This document shows positions 53,250 through 64,000 of a DNA stretch of 64,000 nucleotides, one piece after another. The notes beneath the pieces are model-generated. The model searched no databases. It was not told the origin of the DNA and saw only the letters and a list, made by a program, of their open reading frames with translations. The stretch's first letter is position 1, and each line of letters begins with the position of its first letter. This DNA comes from Vicugna vicugna (taxonomy: Eukaryota): assembly GCA_013265495.1 (NCBI GenBank), contig MU058584.1:1090616-1154615 (forward strand), written 5' to 3'. The position numbers were made by a program, and so were the translations under genes.

Positions 53250-53810
53250 TGTTAAAACCCCTCTGCTCGTAAACTGCCTTTACTGATTAAGCCCACTTGA
53301 GTTATTTTTTTCCTTTCTTTCTTTTTTTTCTTTCGTCTTTTCTCTTTAATTGCATACTTTTCCAGCTTCACGTAGCCCAGTTGTCTTACAGGAATTTGGG
53401 TCACTTGTTGCCCAGTGTGAGTCAGATAACACTGATTGACTCTAAACTGGGCCTGTGCAACTGTCCATGAATGGCCTTTTGAGGTCAAAGGGCTGGAAAA
53501 CTTCACCCTCAGATCATACTAATCACCTCCATACTGAACATGCAGAAGCAGGTAACCAACGTGTACCTGCACGGAACACGGATTCCCTCACCTTCTCCCT
53601 GCCTCTGGCCACCTTCCCCCATGACTGAGATCACTCTGCTTATCCCATAAATGCCCCAGCCCCCTCACCTTCGGGGAGGTGGATCTGAAGCGTGTTCTCC
53701 CATCTCAGTGCTTGGCCGCCTTGTGAATAAACTCTTTTTCGGCCACAAAATCTTGGCATCTCAGTGTTTGATTTGCTGCCTGCTGGGCAAACAGACCTGA
53801 TTCCATAACA
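53250..53810 (+). mobile_element. ERV1 solo LTR, MER41-like (561 bp)
   Basis: TG...CA termini, 4-bp flanks AGCT/ACCT, TATA-like CATAAAT near 53646, and AATAAA at 53726. Motifs CCCTCAGATCATACTAA and CTTCGGGGAGGTGGATCTGA resemble MER41. Confidence 0.8.
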
Positions 53811-54292
53811 ACCTCTCTTTTCATTGTCAGTAGAATCGTTAGTGAAACTCCAGTAGACGGACTTTATGGCATTCACTGCTAAATTAAAAAGCAGTCAAAG
53901 TAAATATTCAGCTAAAAGAAATAAGGGAACATCACTCTCCATTCATCCTATTCGCTAAAGCCCCTGGGTTCCAATTCCTCTTTCAGTGTCTGTGATGTTT
54001 TCCAAGAATTCTACCCGGAAGCCAAGAGGCTCTGGGCTTTTTAACAGCACAATCTGAGGCAGGTACCTATTTCTCACATGTCACAGCAGGTCCTTCCCGT
54101 GGATCACACGACACCACTTCTTCAAAACATAACTAAGACTTCCAAAGTCACCTGTGGGAGGGCACACCTACCTGTGCCTGTCTGCCTTACACTCAGCATT
54201 CTCCAAAAGTGGGAGTACTTTGGAAGTGTGGCCTCATTGACAAAGAGACCCGGAAGTCTGGCCATGAGGCGTGGCTGCCAAGGACTAAGCCA

Positions 54293-54810
54293 AAGCGTCT
54301 TCAGAAAGAATTTCATGCCAAGAATGTCCAGGAGTCAAGAAGGACTCATAGGAGGTTGTTATCTAGATATATGTTTAATATAACACACGTGCTTGTGGTT
54401 ACAGATACATATTCGGTGCTTTATCAAGAAGTATGACTTACATAGCATACAACGTATTGGATACAAAATCAGAAGATAAACAAAGTTGTTCCTAAATGAA
54501 AACCGTACAGGGTACATGCTGAGAAATGGATTGCCCAACCAGAGCCAAGTCTTCTTCCTCAGAAGCGTCTTAAGAAAGAATTTCATGTCAAGAATGTCCA
54601 GGAGTCAAGAAGGACTCATAGGAGGTTGTTATCTAGATATATGTTTAATATAACACACGTGCTTGTGGTTACAGATACATATTCGGTGCTTTATCAAGAA
54701 GTATGACTTACATAGCATACAACGTATTGGATACAAAATCAGAAGATAAACAAAGTTGTTCCTAAATGAAAACCGTACAGGGTACATGCTGAGAAATGGA
54801 TTGCCCAACC
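54293..54810. repeat. Tandem duplication, 2 x 248 bp (54293-54540 and 54563-54810), with a 22-bp unique spacer
   Basis: Direct alignment at period 270 shows only two mismatches (54302/54572 and 54318/54588). Confidence 0.98.
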
Positions 54811-57800
54811 TTCCATTTCCACTCCTTTCTCTGAGCTGATCTCCTGAAGATGAGTTGCAAGTTGTAGCATTTAAAATAAAATTTAGTCCCCCCCAAATCT
54901 AATACTGTATCATATGAAATTACTTTTGGCAGAAACTATCCAGATTACTTCTCTCCATCAGAAAAATTTTCAGATCTTCCTGTTATTTTGTTATAGCTTA
55001 GTTTAGACACTTTCCTAGCTAGGAAGTTAAATATCTTAAACAATATTCATTATTACATACCTGTGATTAGACTCAACTATTTTAAATGTATCCTCATGCA
55101 GATGGAGCAGAGAAATGGAGGTACAGGTGTGAGGCAGAAAGGAAAAATATCTCAGGTGAGAAAACAAGAGACTTATTAAACTGGATATGAATGTTGAGTT
55201 GGATTTGTAGCTTTTCAACTAATACAAAAGGTTAGAAGATTATTGTTAAATTGTGAGGTGAGGAAAATATTCCCAAGTTTTTGTTTCTTTTTTGCCCTTC
55301 ACTCTTTGCTACAAGTTTCCATTCAAAGCTAAGAATGTCTCCTCACGCAGAACAGTTGATTTTTACAGCTCGAAGATGCTGAGAGGGAAAGCCTTTCTTT
55401 GGATTATTGCTCCGGTCAGCCACATGACATACTTGGGTGAAAATATATTTAACAGAAATAGCAGTTCTAAATTATTAGCCAAAGAGCCTTGTCACAGGCA
55501 AGTATTAAACACACGCTCTTCTCATAGAATGGAGAGACTAGAAAACCAGAAAGTTCTAATGACAATTTGGACAGGATATGCCAATATGCATTAAGATTTC
55601 ACATCTAGAAGCTACAGAGAGTTGCCTGGCCCTTGGGTTTGGATGCTTAGATGTTAGAAACTGAGTTCTCCATGCTCTGCTTTGCGGAATGCAAGCTGAC
55701 CAGGGAAAGTAAACCCTCTATATTTGTTCTTTTATCTAATCAAGACTCCTTAGGATTTTAAAATGAGGTTTCACATCTAGCTGCATTGATAATCAAGAAA
55801 TGCATTCCTGCAAATTTTCATGGTGACAGCAAGAAGCAACATGATTTTCAATTAAGTGGAGTTGCTCTTAGACATTTCCTAGTGAATGGACACACTTCAT
55901 AGGCCTGAGCAGTTAACTTCTTCACCACTTCCCTTCCCTTCTTTCCCGCCTTCTTTTCTCATGGTCTTTTTTCTCCAAACCTGCTAAATTACCAGGAAAC
56001 AAAGTAAATGGCCTGCTAGAAGGAATGATTTCAGGGGTAAAAATCATTTCCCTGAAATATAAATAGCCTTTGAAATGAATCTCAAATTTTCAAATTTGTG
56101 ATGGGACAGACAGCCTGACAAGTTTTTACTGAAACTTCTGGACATCTATTATTCTTTGAGAAAGAATAACTTCACTCTATCGAAAGGGAATGTGTAAAGA
56201 GAACACATCAACCGAGCGAATTCCATGACTTTGCAGAGGATAAAAATAAAAACAATTTCTTTATCAAGTTCTTCTCTTTATGTACTAGAAACTAAAGTCT
56301 ACTTAAAGCATAATTTATACAGCAGAGAATTAAGAGTCCAGAAGGTGATATGGGGAGCAGCGCACAAAATACTTTCATGCATTTGAGTCTGTTGATTTGA
56401 AAGCAAAGCTACTGAAATGCCTCAGTTACTTCTGCATTTCAGAAGGTGTTTATCTGGGAGAAAGAAAACTGTGTGTGTGTGTGTTGGGGGTTGTTCACAC
56501 GAACAAGCACTGCTTTAGCAGATAAACATGGACAGCCTCCTCATTTACTCTAGACTCAATAGTCTATCTCTTTGTTCTGGTCCAGTTTAGATCCTAATCT
56601 GACGCTGACCACAAACTACATCAAACCCAGGCAAAAAAAGTCAGGTTATGGACATCCCCTGGCCTGCTTAATCTTAGGTTTCTCTCAAGAATGAGACGCA
56701 TATACTCCTGTTCGCATTGACCACCTCTCTACATCCCAGACGCACTTAGGACTGTGTCACATTTTCACAGGGAGGAAAGCCGCACCACAGGGCTCCTGCG
56801 TTGTTCCATACTTTCCCCGGCAATTTGCTCCAGGGAGAGTGGGGAGGAAGGGGAGGAGGCAAAGGGAGCGATAAACAGACGTTACACATTTTTTTTTCCT
56901 GGTACAATCATCCCAGTTTTCTTAATTCCCCCAAATTTAAAAGAATGTTATTTTATTCGTGTTACCATGGAAACTTCCAGCAACACAGTTGTGGTTCTCT
57001 TCCCCCTTAAGTTTAAAAACAGTTTCAAAAAGATTTCAAAGAATTTTCTAGGGCAATTTTCATACGTTTGCTTTGCTTTCACATTTTAGGCTGTGATATT
57101 TGTATTCCTTTTAATTTTATGATTTAGAAGAGTATCTAATGTGTATGTGCCTGTCTGTACACGGCTTTAAATTTAAAATCACACATACGTATATGTTGCA
57201 CATCACCGGTGGACTGCAAGGCATTCCTTCTTCTTGCAGCCTTCATGACGCTGCCCTCCTGATGCTCTTCCTGCCCTCTGCTTCCTGGGTTCAGCTCATG
57301 AAAAGGTGAAGGTCCTTCTTATCCTCCACCCACAAGTCTACCCACTTCAGGTTGTGTGGTCAGTTTGTGAATGCAGTAAGTCTGAGTCTTTGAAACAACT
57401 GTCTTGGTGAACTCTGTGATCTCTAGATAAATCTCTGGGTATTTTCAAACCTTTGGCTATTTCAAATAAAAAGAATAAGGTATTTGAAATTGTAATGACA
57501 TGAAAATTTCTCTTAAAAATGTTTTGGCATTCAAGAAAAAATATAACTCACCTAAATTCTTCGGTTCTTACATTTTCTAGCTGCCTTAGCACGTAAAGGA
57601 CTGGTGATTTCATTCTGATCTGGGGCAGCAAAGACAGATGGTGAGGAAGACGGTGCCGGGAATTCTGGGTGTGAGCTGCTTGTCACTCCTGCACATATGG
57701 ACCTGATGGGAACTTCTGTTTCATGCTCCCAATGTTGATCCAGCCTAGCTGTCGACTGCTTGATGGCAGAGTTTTTTTTGAAGTGAGCAATATTAACAAA

Positions 57801-59513
57801 TATGAATGAACTCACACCAGACCAGCAAGAGTTGGCCGTAGACCCAGTCACTCCAACCCATTTTCGGAATTTGAAACGGCAAGTATTCAGGAAGGGCGTA
57901 TTATCTTTGGAAATAACAGAAACAAGGAAAATCCAACAAACACGAACAGTGTTTACTCAAAGAACACAGTAATATGGTTGCTCACTTTCAATATTCTTAA
58001 GAAATAACTGAATAAATGGGCTACAAATGTGAAGCTAGCAATGTGCCAATGAAAAAAGAAAAAAAGGAGATACAAGACTAAACCAATGTAATCTTCTACT
58101 TAAACATTTCAGATTTTTATTAATCCTTTGAAAAATACTTTTCTAATTAACTCAGTATCCTCACCTCAGTTATATTCATACAGAGTTAGAGTCTATGGCT
58201 AGATTATGTAAATCATTACTTAATCAAATCTACTAAAGATTAAAAAAAATTTTAGCAAGACTTATAATAATGCAATACAGAATTAAATGTTTAAACCTAC
58301 TAAAAAATATCATAGCCTATCAATTGGTGGTGTGTAAGGCATGTTAGGAGTCTAAACGTGCACTTTGACTATAAATACAATTCACTAAATGCAGTGAGCG
58401 AAAAGGAAGGGAAGTGAGGCGTTGCTAAAAGATCACATTATTTTTCACGATGCAGGGTACTTATCTCATTTAGCAGTCCTCTGCATTTAGTCAAATTGAT
58501 TTTTTGAAAGATAACATGATGGTTTGAATATAATTGTCATTTACTAAACAAGCAGATCCTAGGAGAACTAATCAGTTTAGGCCTGACAAAAATTTTCCCA
58601 TCATAGTGTACAGCCCTCTTGATATTAAGGTGGGAAGACTGCTACAATGAGCAGCAACTGTTTTATTGTACAAGACTGGAGTTTAAATTTTTGGAATTTT
58701 ACACTCAGGTGGCATTTTAAATAATTTGAAAATTGAAATTTTTGTCCTATAGACTAGAGTCATAGATACATTTATACGGTAGTCCACTGTCAATCTCAGG
58801 TCATTGATTTAATACAGAATTTGGTAACTTTATAGGTGGGAGGGTATGAGGGGAGTGCAGGGGAAGAGGCCATATGGATTGCGTTCAGATGGATTTTGTG
58901 AAAATATGACATATTCATGGCTGTATCTTTTGCTTATAATCTTCAGTTAGCACATGGATGCTCTCAGAGGAAGATCAACATTTTAAACAATGTATTTGCT
59001 TAAAGAATGAAATAATGCCTGCCTCATAATTTTCTTGCCACCTTTTATTACTAAAGAAGTTCAGAGATAATAAGAGGGGTGACCTTCTGGATCAGAATTC
59101 AAACAACAAGTGAGATCAATTAATCTCACTTGAAACTGGTCTTTGCACATCCACATTCTTTTTCACACCAATTTAGGTGGAGATCTGTTACCTAAAGCAG
59201 ATGGACCCACATTCAGTGATATCATATTCTTGTCTGACATTTCCTTAGGTAGAGTTTTTCTGTCATTCTAAATTTCACAACAGCTTACAAGAGTATTGGT
59301 TAATTAAGAATGGGGGCAGGAAGAGGAAACTGGAAAAAGAAGGCATTCAGGCCAAAACAATGTGGCAAAAGAGTAGGCAACACTCTTGGGGATTTTCCCT
59401 GCTTGAGAACTTTCAGCAAGCCTGCTATAGGAAGGTAAGTGGGTTGCTGGACAATACAGGGTTGTTATGGAAGAAATAACTCTCAGGATGGTTCTCACAG
59501 CCTGATTAAATTG
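54625..59513 (-). other. RGS5: RGS5 long 3' UTR (about 4.9 kb) with several candidate poly(A) signals
   Basis: Minus-strand AATAAA at 59044-59049, 58662-58667, 58116-58121 and 56952-56957, and ATTAAA at 54644-54649 (duplicated at 54374-54379). The length fits the roughly 5 kb UTR I recall for human RGS5. The boundary is inferred. Confidence 0.55.
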
Positions 59514-59675
59514 CTACTTGATGAGCTCCTGATAAAACTCAGAGTGCACAAAGCGAGGCAGTGAATCCTTTTCCATCAGGGCATAGATTCTTTTCTGGGC
59601 CACATCAAAGCTGCTTGGGGAAGGTTCCACCAGGTTCTTCATGGTGATGTCCTTCGTGAAGTGATCGATATTCAC
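59514..59675 (-). CDS. RGS5: RGS5 last coding exon ([53 protein letters not shown], 162 nt)
   Basis: CAG acceptor at 59678-59676 and TAG at 59516-59514. It encodes the characteristic RGS5 C-terminus. Confidence 0.97.
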   Translation of the reverse strand: MNIDHFTKDITMKNLVEPSPSSFDVAQKRIYALMEKDSLPRFVHSEFYQELIK

Positions 59676-59986
59676 CTGTGAGCCAGGAAACAGGGTCACT
59701 GAGTCAGCCCAGGTTGTGGGATTTGATGAAGAGTAGGGAGGACGGAAGTGGCATTTCCCACCACTAGAACACATGAGGGGAAGAGACTGGTAGAAAGTGA
59801 AAAATACCATATCATTTTTATTTTCCAGGCAGTGGGGTAAGGCAACTGGTGCTCCAATAAATGCATGATTCAGATTAAGCTCCAACCAGTATTAGAGACT
59901 CAGTGTTAGAAACAGGCAGCTACAGGGCAGACCTCATTTAATCCGCACAATAACCTTAAGAATGAGTCTTTCCTTTTGTAGGGGAA

Positions 59987-59996
59987 AGATAGATAA

Positions 59997-60065
<69 letters not shown>

Positions 60066-60067
60066 AG
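59987..60067. repeat. (GATA)n microsatellite in the last RGS5 intron
   Basis: Read directly. Confidence 0.97.
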
Positions 60068-63000
60068 GCAGACAGAGGTTTCCTCAAGATCACGGAGAGA
60101 ATAAATGTATTTGAAGGCAGAAGCAGAATCTGAATCCGTGTACCCTGATGCCTAATCCCACAATCTTCCTACCACAGCATTTGGTTTCACACCTCCTGGG
60201 GAGAATGAAGAAGGAGAAAGAAATTCTGGCCAGGGGTCCCAGACCTCTTGCCCGGCTCCAGTAGAATAAGGCAACTTGGTCTTTTCCTGAAACAAACCAG
60301 GATACCCTGGTTCCAGCACAATAATAATAAAAGTGGCAGCTAATGTTTATTGAGTTCTAAATCTGTGCCAGACACTGGGCTGAGAACTGTGCTGAGGAAC
60401 TCACTTAATCTTACAATGTGGGAAGACAGACATTGACATGTACATTTTACAGCTGAGGGACAGAAATTCAAATGCTTTGCCCAAGCTGTTTAGTGGTAGA
60501 GGGAAGATTCAAAAGCCCAGCAGTGTGGCTTTTACCCAGGAGACTGCCGTGTTGGAAGGTGCAGTGGCTTAGATATTTGTCCTGGCTGCATTGCCACTAT
60601 GTTGCGCCACTCACAGGGACACCATTCATGTTAGAGTCCACATGAATGGCCCCCCGGCGTTGTGCAGCATACAGCCTGCCTGGGCTCGCCTGAGGATCAT
60701 TTGTGAGGAATCGCTGTACATCACGTTGTATGTTTTAATGACTTTTAAGGGATCTGAGTGTAAAAGAGAAACAATCCAGATCAGCCAGTAGTTCTGAATT
60801 AGAGCATCAGAAAGTGTTAGCTCTCTCCTGGGCTGCTAGAGGTTCTTGCTCCTGAAGAAAAGCTATTTGAGCTCAGAGAATTGTCCACAGCTTTAGGACA
60901 GAGTCAGGGATAGAGGCGTGATGGGATTACCAGGCCAGAATAGACAAGAGCAGTGAGTGATCAAAGGTCCACGGTGAAGCGAGTTGAGGCTATGATATGG
61001 TTTCCCACAGGTGAGCGGGACCTGTGTGCTTTATGCAGGGATGGTAGGTGACTACAGAGGCTGACCTGGGAACGGCCTTGGAGGTGATGCGGTCCGATGC
61101 CTGCCTTCACGGGTGAAGACTACGAGAGCCAAAGAGGTTAAGTTACACGCCCACAAACTGCTAGTGAGGGACGGAGGTGAGGCTATAATGCATATTTCTG
61201 TATTCTCAGCCACACTAAAGCAATGCTTTCTTTTCTAAATATAGACCTTACTCAAAATAGTTGAATTTCTAAAAATTATAAAATTCTCTATTAGTTTTAT
61301 TTTTTAAGTGATGTATTTAAAATTGTAACATACTGTATGTGCCAGCAAACAACAGCTACTTATTTTACTATTTTTATATGCATAGCCCTCCTCTAACGAA
61401 TCATTCTGATACATGCTCATCTGTTTACTGCTGAGCCAAGAAACTATTTTTCATTAATTTAAAATATGGGCAATTGACAATTTGCAATATATGTGAATTA
61501 TCTACTTACTAAACTACACAGGATCATTTCCCTTTTTAAAACCTTAGTCCCATTTTTTTTTACCACTGTACCTCTCCTTCAGTTCCTGGTATTAGAAAGA
61601 GCTGAGGTGAATATTCAGAGAAAGAAAATTTAGATTACTCTTTGCCTGGGTAAACTTGTTGCATAGGTCAATCTGCTACTCATCAAAACGAAATAGTAAA
61701 TTTTGGGGTCAAAATACAAGATTTGGAGAATTTTTGAATCTATGTGAGATGATTATAGTTAAGGGAGCTAAGAATTAGAGAGGTTTAATTAGAAACTTAT
61801 GCAAAGTCACACATCGACAAAGGTCTTTAATTGGGATATCTTTAATTATTCATCTCACAAATATTCCCTGAATGCTTGTTAAGTGCCAGGAGCAAGATTC
61901 ACATTCTCTCTGATGCTCGGCTCAGAGACTGGAGGTCAAGGCATTTTAATTAAAGCTCACAGGTCCTTATAATGGGGACCACCATTTGTTTGTTCCAGTA
62001 ACTCAGCCAAAGTTTCATTTATTTTGAAACTCCATTTTTAATGTGTCATATTTCCATAATAACCATCAATGTTTTCATAAGGAACCTGGTGAACAATGTT
62101 TTCCTAGAGCTCAGAGCAACTAACAATAGTCCAGATGGGTCTCCACCATTGGCAGATATTGCAACAAATCCTAGAATTCTGTGAAGAGGAATGAAGTTGG
62201 TAGGAAGGACGGTTAGAAGTGGGAAATCAGTTGAAGTCAGGAAATTTGTGCCAACATTAATACCAAATTAATCTCCTTGGTAACATCATAAATAGAGATT
62301 CCATACTGAGAGAAGAAAGAATGGCCCAGCACAAATGGTATTGGAAGTAGAGGAAAGCTAACATATGTGCACGGGGTGGGAGACTGAGGAGTAGAAGGGG
62401 CGAACTGGAGAGGATTACAAAATAATTTTCAGGGCAGGTCTAAACCTAGTTCCAGTCTAGGACTCTCACTTCCTCCACTTTACCTATTGTAGTTTATGCT
62501 CCCATGCTCCTGACCTCCACCTCTTCTGTCATGGAGAGAACTCATCTGCTGTATTATTAAGGTATATAATTTGTCCATCCATTCAAACATATTTACCCTT
62601 TGGGAAGGATCAGTGATGAGTAATTCATAACCAAAGGAATAAATATCAAATGGTGGAATCTCAAAAGTATAGAGCACTTGTGAGAGGAAAAGGATACTGG
62701 GGGTTTTCCCCTCTCAAGTCATCTTAAACTGATTACTGCTGACCTAGGGGTTTTGCTCAGATCACCTCTGTGCTTGACCCCAAATCTTGATGAAATATTT
62801 GATGTTCAGATTGGATTATGGGGTACAATGTGAAATTAGTGACCTGATCAAAACATGATGAACAGGTCTTGCTAAGTCCATTCTGGATTCCACAAAAAGT
62901 CTTTTCAATTCATTTTCACAAATAGCGAAGAACAGATACTCTACCACAAAGCTGCTTTGAAATCAACACACATCTTAAGTGTGTTGTCAATTAATGGCAT

Positions 63001-63655
63001 ATTCTCTTCTGACATCTCTGTTACAGTTATCTTATAATAATTGATTTTCTTGAGTAGAAACCCTGTTGAGTGTTGACTAGACTGTAAATGGAAAAGGCCT
63101 GGGGGAAACAAAAGGATAAGGGAGAATAGAGGGAAAAAGAGTTTCTACCAAAAAGAAAAAAAGAAAAAAGAAAAAAGAAAGGGAAAAGTGGGGAAGGGGA
63201 AAAGGAGGAAAGAAAAGATTAAGTGGTAGGAACATTCATTAGGCATTAATTAGTTCCAACCCTGAGATGTGTATTTTCACATCCACTGTTTAATTTCCTC
63301 CTTACAACAACCTTGCAAAATAGTCTTCAGTAGCCTCATTTTCACAAAGAAAGAAACTAAGTTCAGAGAGGCTCAGTAATGCATCCAAGATGATACCACT
63401 AGTATCATTTCCACTTGCAACTGCATGCTCCTGAAGTGAGACCCATGTTGCTAGAACGTGGTCTAAAGAGGATTCAAGTTCATATCTGGTTGACCATGCT
63501 GCTCCGCCTTTGCACTCAGTAGGTGCTTAAGAAAGGTGGCTCACTCTCAAATTGCCTTTTGCTGCAAAACTGTACTGCAGATGGAAATCCTTCCTGGGAA
63601 GTTGTTGAGCTGAACTCCATTCGCCACACTCCCCCACCTACCCACCAGAACCAAC

Positions 63656-63822
63656 CTCGTTAGGAGCCTCTGTCTGGATGAATTCTTCATAAATTTTCTT
63701 TGCCTTCTCAGCCATCTTGACAGGGCACTTGATCTTCTTGTAATCCTCACAGGCCAGCCAGAACTCGAGGTTTTCCTCACTGAATTCAGACTTCAGGAAA
63801 CTTTTGAAGCTGGCAAGTCCAT
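63656..63822 (-). CDS. RGS5: RGS5 penultimate coding exon ([55 protein letters not shown], 167 nt)
   Basis: Minus-strand TAG acceptor at 63825-63823 and donor GAG|GTTGGT. It has the same length and phase as RGS4 exon 4. Upstream exons lie beyond the window. Confidence 0.96.
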
Positions 63823-64000
63823 CTAGCAAGGGAAAAAGGTATTGGAGGAAATGCATTCACCCTATCTGTCTGTCTATCAACACTATCTCACTTTGTAATG
63901 CAGGTTTATTTACTATACATGTCATGTGTGTAATAACTTTACAAAAGATAACTCATTTGCTCCTCACCACAAACTTAACAGGCAGGTGATGCTGTATCTT

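Noticed and set aside
60622..60649. Perfect 10-bp hairpin CCATTCATGT/ACATGAATGG in the RGS5 intron
   Set aside because: The context (CCCCCGGCGTTGTGCAG) resembles the internally palindromic MER91 transposon as I recall it, and the stem is too short for a pre-miRNA.

Overview
Mammalian genomic DNA, most likely a camelid, inferred from the short tRNA-derived SINEs and the L1 3' UTR type. The window holds the complete RGS4 gene on the + strand: five coding exons, 17477-22290, 618 nt, 205 aa, all introns GT-AG, with a TATA/CCAAT promoter and a likely poly(A) signal at 24482. Facing it tail-to-tail are the last two coding exons and the long 3' UTR of RGS5 on the - strand (63822-63656 and 59675-59514). 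The rest is repeat-rich non-coding DNA (L1, MIR/L2, MLT1/ERV LTRs, Tigger/MER DNA transposons, microsatellites), and almost all other ORF-track entries are spurious. I see no new multi-gene system. The most notable oddities are: a near-perfect 248-bp tandem duplication that appears to copy the distal RGS5 poly(A) site; a 206-bp inverted duplication bracketing 1.8 kb of ordinary DNA; an L1 insertion carrying about 200 bp of non-L1 sequence inside its target-site duplication; an upstream RGS4 exon whose reading frame resembles the human long isoform but is closed by a stop; a MER41-like LTR with GAS and AP-1 motifs aimed antisense at the RGS5 3' end; and a twin-primed L1 fragment. Repeat family names and human comparisons are from memory and need database confirmation.
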